64,000 nucleotides of DNA from Candidatus Calditenuaceae archaeon HR02 (GTDB lineage: Archaea > Thermoproteota > Nitrososphaeria_A > Caldarchaeales > Calditenuaceae), in contig BEHE01000004.1 in NCBI GenBank assembly GCA_002898395.1, forward strand, positions 52,181 to 116,180, in the 5' to 3' direction. Each line of letters begins with the position of its first letter. Positions within the stretch are counted from its first letter, which is position 1. The translations under genes were made by a program, and so were the position numbers. Shown here piece by piece: positions 60,833-64,000 of the stretch. The notes under the pieces were generated by a model. It saw only the letters and a list, made by a program, of their open reading frames with translations. It searched no databases and was not told the DNA's origin.

Positions 60833-61957
60833 ATGAGGATTATCGAGTATGAGGGCCTCAGACTGTTCTCAGAAGCCGGTATACCTACCCCGAGGTTCAG
60901 TGTAGTGGACGAGCCAGAAAGGGCTGTAGAGGCTGCCAAGCATATCGGCCTTCCCGTCGTATTGAAGGCCCAGGTGCTTGTTGGAGGGAGGGGAAAGGCG
61001 GGAGGAGTGAGGCTTGTTGAAACCATCGAAGATGTTAGAAGCGTTGCAAGCAGGCTTCTGGGCTCGGAGATTAGGGGCGAGAAGGTTCGGAAGCTTATCG
61101 TCGCCGAGGCTGTTAAACATTCTAAGGAACTCTATCTATCCATAATAGTGGACAGGGCGTCAAACAGGCACCTGATACTCTCCTCCATGATGGGGGGTGT
61201 TGATGTTGAGGAGCTCTTAAAGAACCATCCAGAAGCCCTAATCAAGGTCCCCATTGACCCGCTAACCGGGCTACGCGAGTGGCATACGAGAAAACTAGCA
61301 GCCCATCTAAACCTCTCCACAAACACGTCCATACAGCTCCAAGACATCGTGAGGAAACTGTACAACATCTATACACAGTATTGTTGCGACTTGGCGGAAA
61401 TAAATCCACTGGCATTGACGGAGAATGAGAAGTTTGTAGCCCTTGACGCCAAGATTATTGTCGACGACAACGCAGTCCGGATAAAAGGGTTCAGATTCGC
61501 GGAGGAGACAGGCGCCGAGAGCGAGGCAGAGAGGTTGGGTCTAAACTACGTTGAGCTGGATGGAGATATCGGGGTTGTATGTAACGGGGCTGGACTTACC
61601 ATGGCTACCATGGACCTAATACATACCTTGGGTGGTAGGCCCGGTTGCTTCCTCGACCTAGGCGGCGGCGCATCCTCCGAAAGAGTATTCACCGCCCTTA
61701 AGTTCCTCCTCAACAGGCCCCATATCAAGCTTGTATTCTTAAATGTGCTGGGCGGCATTACCAGGTGCGATGAGGTCGCAGAGGGGATAGTGAGGGCATT
61801 CGATGAGTTCGGCGGCTCTAAGAAAATGGTTGTGAGACTGGTAGGGACAAGGGAGGAGGAGGGTAAGAGAATCCTAGAGTCAAGGAATATTGAATATTAT
61901 ACGAGGATGCTTGAAGCCGCGGAAGCGGCTGTCAAACAGGCAGCCAAGCCCATCTAG
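60833..61957 (+). CDS. sucC: Succinyl-CoA synthetase beta subunit
   Basis: KAQVLVGGRGKAGG, EINPL, LDAK, NGAGLTMATMD, FLDLGGG, GGITRCD, RLVGT. Confidence 0.94.
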   Translation: MRIIEYEGLRLFSEAGIPTPRFSVVDEPERAVEAAKHIGLPVVLKAQVLVGGRGKAGGVRLVETIEDVRSVASRLLGSEIRGEKVRKLIVAEAVKHSKELYLSIIVDRASNRHLILSSMMGGVDVEELLKNHPEALIKVPIDPLTGLREWHTRKLAAHLNLSTNTSIQLQDIVRKLYNIYTQYCCDLAEINPLALTENEKFVALDAKIIVDDNAVRIKGFRFAEETGAESEAERLGLNYVELDGDIGVVCNGAGLTMATMDLIHTLGGRPGCFLDLGGGASSERVFTALKFLLNRPHIKLVFLNVLGGITRCDEVAEGIVRAFDEFGGSKKMVVRLVGTREEEGKRILESRNIEYYTRMLEAAEAAVKQAAKPI

Positions 61958-62262
61958 CGAGATGCTGGAATTTCTCGGCTCGCCTCACTTTCCATATTTA
62001 TCTGTCCAGCCCTAGCCCTCAGGCCACCCCTGAAGTCCCTTAGACCCAATACGACAACGGGGCATGCTAGAATGCTAAGGACAAGGTTGACAGAGAACGA
62101 GCCCGCCAACTCAGTCATCAGCCCCTGTACGAGGGGTGAGGACGTTAAACCAAGGGCAACTAGGGTTAGGGCGGCAAGTGTAGGCACTACACCTACCCCC
62201 AGACCGACAACCACCTCCAAAATTCCTCGAGCCACCCTATCCATCTCAAAGAGCCCCCACAC
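61954..62262 (-). CDS. Small hypothetical membrane protein
   Basis: Two hydrophobic segments. Fills the gap and overlaps the sucC stop by 4 nt. Confidence 0.55.
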   Translation of the reverse strand: MWGLFEMDRVARGILEVVVGLGVGVVPTLAALTLVALGLTSSPLVQGLMTELAGSFSVNLVLSILACPVVVLGLRDFRGGLRARAGQINMESEASREIPASR

Positions 62263-62378
62263 CCATCCGAAAATAAAGAGTTTCGCCTACTTAGACAATT
62301 AAGGATGCCAGAGTATTACTACGCCAATATTTTGTAGATGATGAAATAATATATAGCCGTGCCGCGACGCAACTCATT

Positions 62379-62909
62379 ATGACGAGAAAACTAGCGACTA
62401 TAGCAGCTCTATTAATTTTTTCGATCTCGAGCATAGCCCTTGCGACGATTCTAGTTTTTTCAGCGATTGCACCAGCCGATCCAGGTTCAAGGATCTTCAC
62501 GGCCACGCTTTCGGGCTTTAATGAGGTACCGTCAGTAGTTTCAGGAGGCCACGGTTGGGCAACTGTGAGGATATCCGAGGATGAAAAGAGCATATCTTAC
62601 GAGCTTGTCTATTTTGGCCTCGCTGACGTATCTATGGCACATATACACATAGGTAAGGATGGACATGTTGGGGGTGTAGCGGTATGGCTCTGTGGGGGCC
62701 CCAAGCCTGCATGCCCAAGCACGCATGGCAGAGTTACTGGAACGTTAACGGCCTCTGACGTGCAGGCGATAGCCGGGCAGGGGCTGAGCGCAGGAGACCT
62801 GGACTCGGTGATAAAGGCGATAAGGGCTGGAGCAGCCTATGTAAATGTACATACCGCAAAATTCCCAGCCGGCGAGATAAGAGGCCAGCTTACACCTCTA
62901 GCAGGATAG
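62379..62909 (+). CDS. Secreted CHRD-domain protein
   Basis: Signal peptide, ATLSGFNEVP, AHIH, YVNVHTAKFPAGEIRGQ. Confidence 0.9.
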   Translation: MTRKLATIAALLIFSISSIALATILVFSAIAPADPGSRIFTATLSGFNEVPSVVSGGHGWATVRISEDEKSISYELVYFGLADVSMAHIHIGKDGHVGGVAVWLCGGPKPACPSTHGRVTGTLTASDVQAIAGQGLSAGDLDSVIKAIRAGAAYVNVHTAKFPAGEIRGQLTPLAG

Positions 62910-62965
62910 ACAGTCTATCCTGACAAACAACTCCATTTATTTATCTCCGCGCCCCTCTCCTCGCT

Positions 62966-63424
62966 CTATACTCCTAGCAAGAGCTCGTCATCAGGAATAC
63001 CTGCGGCGTGGAAGATTTCCTTCTCGGCTACCCCTGGTTTAAGGGCCCTATACTTCTCATAGAACGCGCTCCTCACCTCCTCGACACTTTTGAAGAGTTC
63101 GGCCATGTTTCTGTAACGCCCTCTCAAGACCCTGTACTTCAGCTTACCGTCCACATCCTCTGCTATAACACACTTAACAATCCCGCCCATCTTCTCGTAG
63201 CCTGTCTTACTGCCACGCATCGCCCCGCGGGCCTGAGCCTCTACAAGCACATAGACCCGCCGCCTCTTCCCACCCTCGGACTGGACGATCTCAAGGCTAA
63301 ACCCACAGGACCCGAACTTCTGATAGATTCTCCTTTCCATAGGATAGTGTCTGAGGGTGGCGAGGCCTGTCGTGCTGGGACTATTAATCAGCTTGACAAC
63401 CTCCTCAACAATTCTCTTAGGCAT
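62966..63424 (-). CDS. Hypothetical protein (152 aa)
   Basis: ATG preceded by GGTG, host-like composition, no motif recognised. Confidence 0.7.
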   Translation of the reverse strand: MPKRIVEEVVKLINSPSTTGLATLRHYPMERRIYQKFGSCGFSLEIVQSEGGKRRRVYVLVEAQARGAMRGSKTGYEKMGGIVKCVIAEDVDGKLKYRVLRGRYRNMAELFKSVEEVRSAFYEKYRALKPGVAEKEIFHAAGIPDDELLLGV

Positions 63425-63562
63425 AAATCGGCACCCACTTCAGCAAATATCTGGAAACTCCATAAATATTAAGTTGCGCAACAATACACTCTAGCGTGTT
63501 TCCAGCGGTTAAACGTGAGGCCCTATTTATTACAACAATTTAACGGCGGCAACAACCAAATT

Positions 63563-63705
63563 GATTATCCTCAGCCCATTATCTTCTTGGCTTGTTTCTT
63601 TGTTTTGTGTTGCATTTGGGGCATCTGTGTTTATGTATTGTTGGCATTTTGAGGAGTATTTAAACCCCCTATCATATGCACCGCTACCAGCGGCGGGGTA
63701 GTATC
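63563..63705 (+). repeat. Repeat B, copy 2
   Basis: About 87% identical to the reverse complement of 19841..19992. Confidence 0.9.
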
Positions 63706-64000
63706 TTAGCCTCAAACCATCAAGCCTTACTTTAAGAATGTCTGTGGAGTAGTCCTTGAGTATCCTCACCCTTACTGGCCTATCCTTGTTGAATAATAGT
63801 TCTGAGGCCTCGGCAGTTATCCTGATCCTAAGCTTGCCTGAGTCGATATCGTATCTAAGCTCCCTGATACTCTGGCGCCTTAGTCTTGAGCCTGGCCCTC
63901 CACTGTGGTGTGTGGCTGAGGACTAGGCCTAGTCGTGAATGTAGGAAGAGGTGGCCTAAACGGTACATAAGTGTCGATGGGGTGGTGGTTGGGGGTTGGA

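Overview
Thermophilic archaeal chromosomal window, most consistent with Nitrososphaerota/Aigarchaeota (Caldarchaeales-like). The assignment is inferred from the archaeal ribosomal and translation genes, the lack of rplX between eIF6 and pfdA, the frequent TTG starts, a crenarchaeal-type SOD and a multi-intron tRNA. Contents: a NitT/TauT-type ABC transporter, an RqcH/AMMECR1/Mut7-C cluster, scattered A-type ATP synthase genes (I, B, D), a RifK/BtrR-like aminotransferase cluster, a translation operon, ppcA, hypFDCE, a 13 kb lipid/beta-oxidation island extended by a TPP enzyme, Zn-ADH and SCP2, hisS, sdhA, nadM, a three-gene glutamate synthase, MscS, PAC2, SOD, sucC and three tRNAs (Ser-TGA, Lys-TTT, Gln-CTG with two introns). 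The strongest signals are: (1) a dispersed repeat family just 3' of the tRNA genes in the same relative orientation, one copy attached to a decayed free-standing LAGLIDADG endonuclease, which is a candidate tRNA-flank-targeting mobile element; (2) a 555-aa GC-rich intein in atpB lacking both the block-B His and the penultimate His; (3) a possible alpha- plus beta-oxidation lipid catabolic module. All alignments and counts were done by hand and no database searches were run.
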